From Lachnospiraceae bacterium (GTDB lineage: Bacteria > Bacillota > Clostridia > Lachnospirales > Lachnospiraceae): DNA of 64,000 nucleotides. The DNA lies in assembly GCA_017624235.1 (NCBI GenBank), contig JAGANL010000022.1, forward strand, positions 605 through 64,604, in the 5' to 3' direction. Under the pieces are notes generated by a model. The model was not told the DNA's origin and ran no database searches. It worked only from the letters and a program-made list of their open reading frames with translations. Both the position numbers and the translations under genes were made by a program. This document shows positions 63,202 through 64,000 of this stretch, piece after piece; position 1 is the first letter of the stretch, and each line of letters begins with the position of its first letter.

Positions 63202-64000
63202 CTATATCCTCGTCACGATCAGACTGCATATCCCATCCACGATGTACTTCCGTTTACCGGCCGGCAAAAACAGGCTCTCTCCGGCCGCAAAATCCATCGT
63301 ATAAAGCATACCCTCCTGTTCTGTCTTGATACTGCCCCCACCGGACAGGCAGATGATAGAAAGGAAGGATTCCTCTTCCTGCTGTATGTCCCTGCTGCCA
63401 GATATCTCATACAGGAAGCATTCAAAATATTTGCACCGCGCAATCACGCCCGGCTCATCCTCCCTGCAGACAAACGGTCTGTAAGAATGGAAGTCCAACA
63501 CCTGCAGGGCCTTATCCAGATGCAGGGGACGCAGATTGCCGTACTTGTCTCTTCGTTCAAAATCATACAGACGATACGTGCAGTCTGAGCTCTGCTGGAT
63601 CTCACAGATTAAAATTCCCGCTCCTATCGCATGCACCGTGCCCGCCGGGATGAAATATGCCTCTCCCCTGTGTACCGGAATACGATTCAAAACCTCCAGA
63701 ATCGTTCCCTCCTCCATCCTCTTTTCCACATCCTGTCTGGTCACCTCGCGGTTGAATCCACAATAGATGCAGGAATCCGGTTCACAGTCTACAATATACC
63801 ACATTTCATTTTTGCCATATTGGTGTTCCCTCTCCATGGCAAATTCATCGTCCGGGTGCACCTGCACCGACAGCTTGTCTCTGGCATCAATGAACTTGAT
63901 CAGAATCGGGAAAGCCGAAAGCGGCTGGCATTTCCATCCCCAGTATTTCTTACCGATGGCATCCAGATATTCTCCAAACAGCTGCCCCTTATGCCGTCCG
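63202..64000 (-). CDS. manA: Class I mannose-6-phosphate isomerase; partial, 5' end beyond window end
   Basis: …FPILIKFIDARDKLSVQVHPDDEFA…GKNEMWYIV…AGTVHAIGAG…. The frame stays open upstream of track start 63867 to position 64000 (own translation). Confidence 0.85.
   Translation of the reverse strand, partial: GRHKGQLFGEYLDAIGKKYWGWKCQPLSAFPILIKFIDARDKLSVQVHPDDEFAMEREHQYGKNEMWYIVDCEPDSCIYCGFNREVTRQDVEKRMEEGTILEVLNRIPVHRGEAYFIPAGTVHAIGAGILICEIQQSSDCTYRLYDFERRDKYGNLRPLHLDKALQVLDFHSYRPFVCREDEPGVIARCKYFECFLYEISGSRDIQQEEESFLSIICLSGGGSIKTEQEGMLYTMDFAAGESLFLPAGKRKYIVDGICSLIVTRI

Overview
Hand annotation only, with no database or software search. Family calls rest on motifs read in the supplied translations, and start codons were re-picked by eye from RBS and overlap context. 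The window looks like a gene-dense chromosomal segment of a Clostridia/Lachnospiraceae-type Firmicute; the taxon is a guess from protein families and gene style. Nearly all genes are on the minus strand.

Gene blocks in order:
- (1) 1-2.9 kb: group-I ECF transporter (S component, fused double ATPase, T component).
- (2) 3.0-8.7 kb: sulfur amino-acid cluster (Rrf2 regulator, PatB/MalY-type C-S lyase, metNIQ, cysK).
- (3) 8.8-15.4 kb: carbamate kinase, lspA, a PocR-domain hybrid histidine kinase with a double-REC partner, and a ThrE-type exporter pair.
- (4) 15.5-20.0 kb: operon of one small ORF plus three tandem large serine recombinases (mobile-element module).
- (5) 20.2-29.1 kb: accessory-looking island with two AgrC-like GHKL kinases, a LytTR regulator, LemA, a TM2 protein, a small lipoprotein, a C11 clostripain-like lipoprotein and an S8 subtilase.
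- (6) 29.1-33.0 kb: a second LytTR regulator co-transcribed with an N-terminally extended ClpX paralogue, then HtrA.
- (7) 33.1-60.1 kb: about 27 kb ABC-transporter-dependent rhamnose-type cell-wall glycopolymer locus. It holds GT2s, LCP, a priming phosphotransferase, a VTC+DUF4956 pair, GtrA, a phosphosugar mutase, a WbdD-like methyltransferase, Wzm/Wzt, rfbCAB and two membrane-anchored GH25 muramidases. No rmlD is seen in the window.
- (8) 60.6-64.0 kb: small zinc-ribbon protein, paired small EamA/SMR-like proteins, an SGNH-type protein, and manA (partial).

Most unusual signal: two diverged, oppositely oriented copies of a roughly 270-310 nt rod-like foldback element (37128-37436 and 60215-60487). 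They share a conserved two-hairpin core. Their outer arms are unrelated between copies but almost perfectly self-complementary within each copy. Each sits just upstream of a predicted sigma-A promoter in the glycopolymer locus. I could not match them to any RNA or mobile-element class I know.

Secondary signals: candidate LytTR-type direct-repeat operators in the island, a protease pair placed next to a peptide-less Agr-like two-component system, and the triple serine-recombinase operon with a naturally short middle member.
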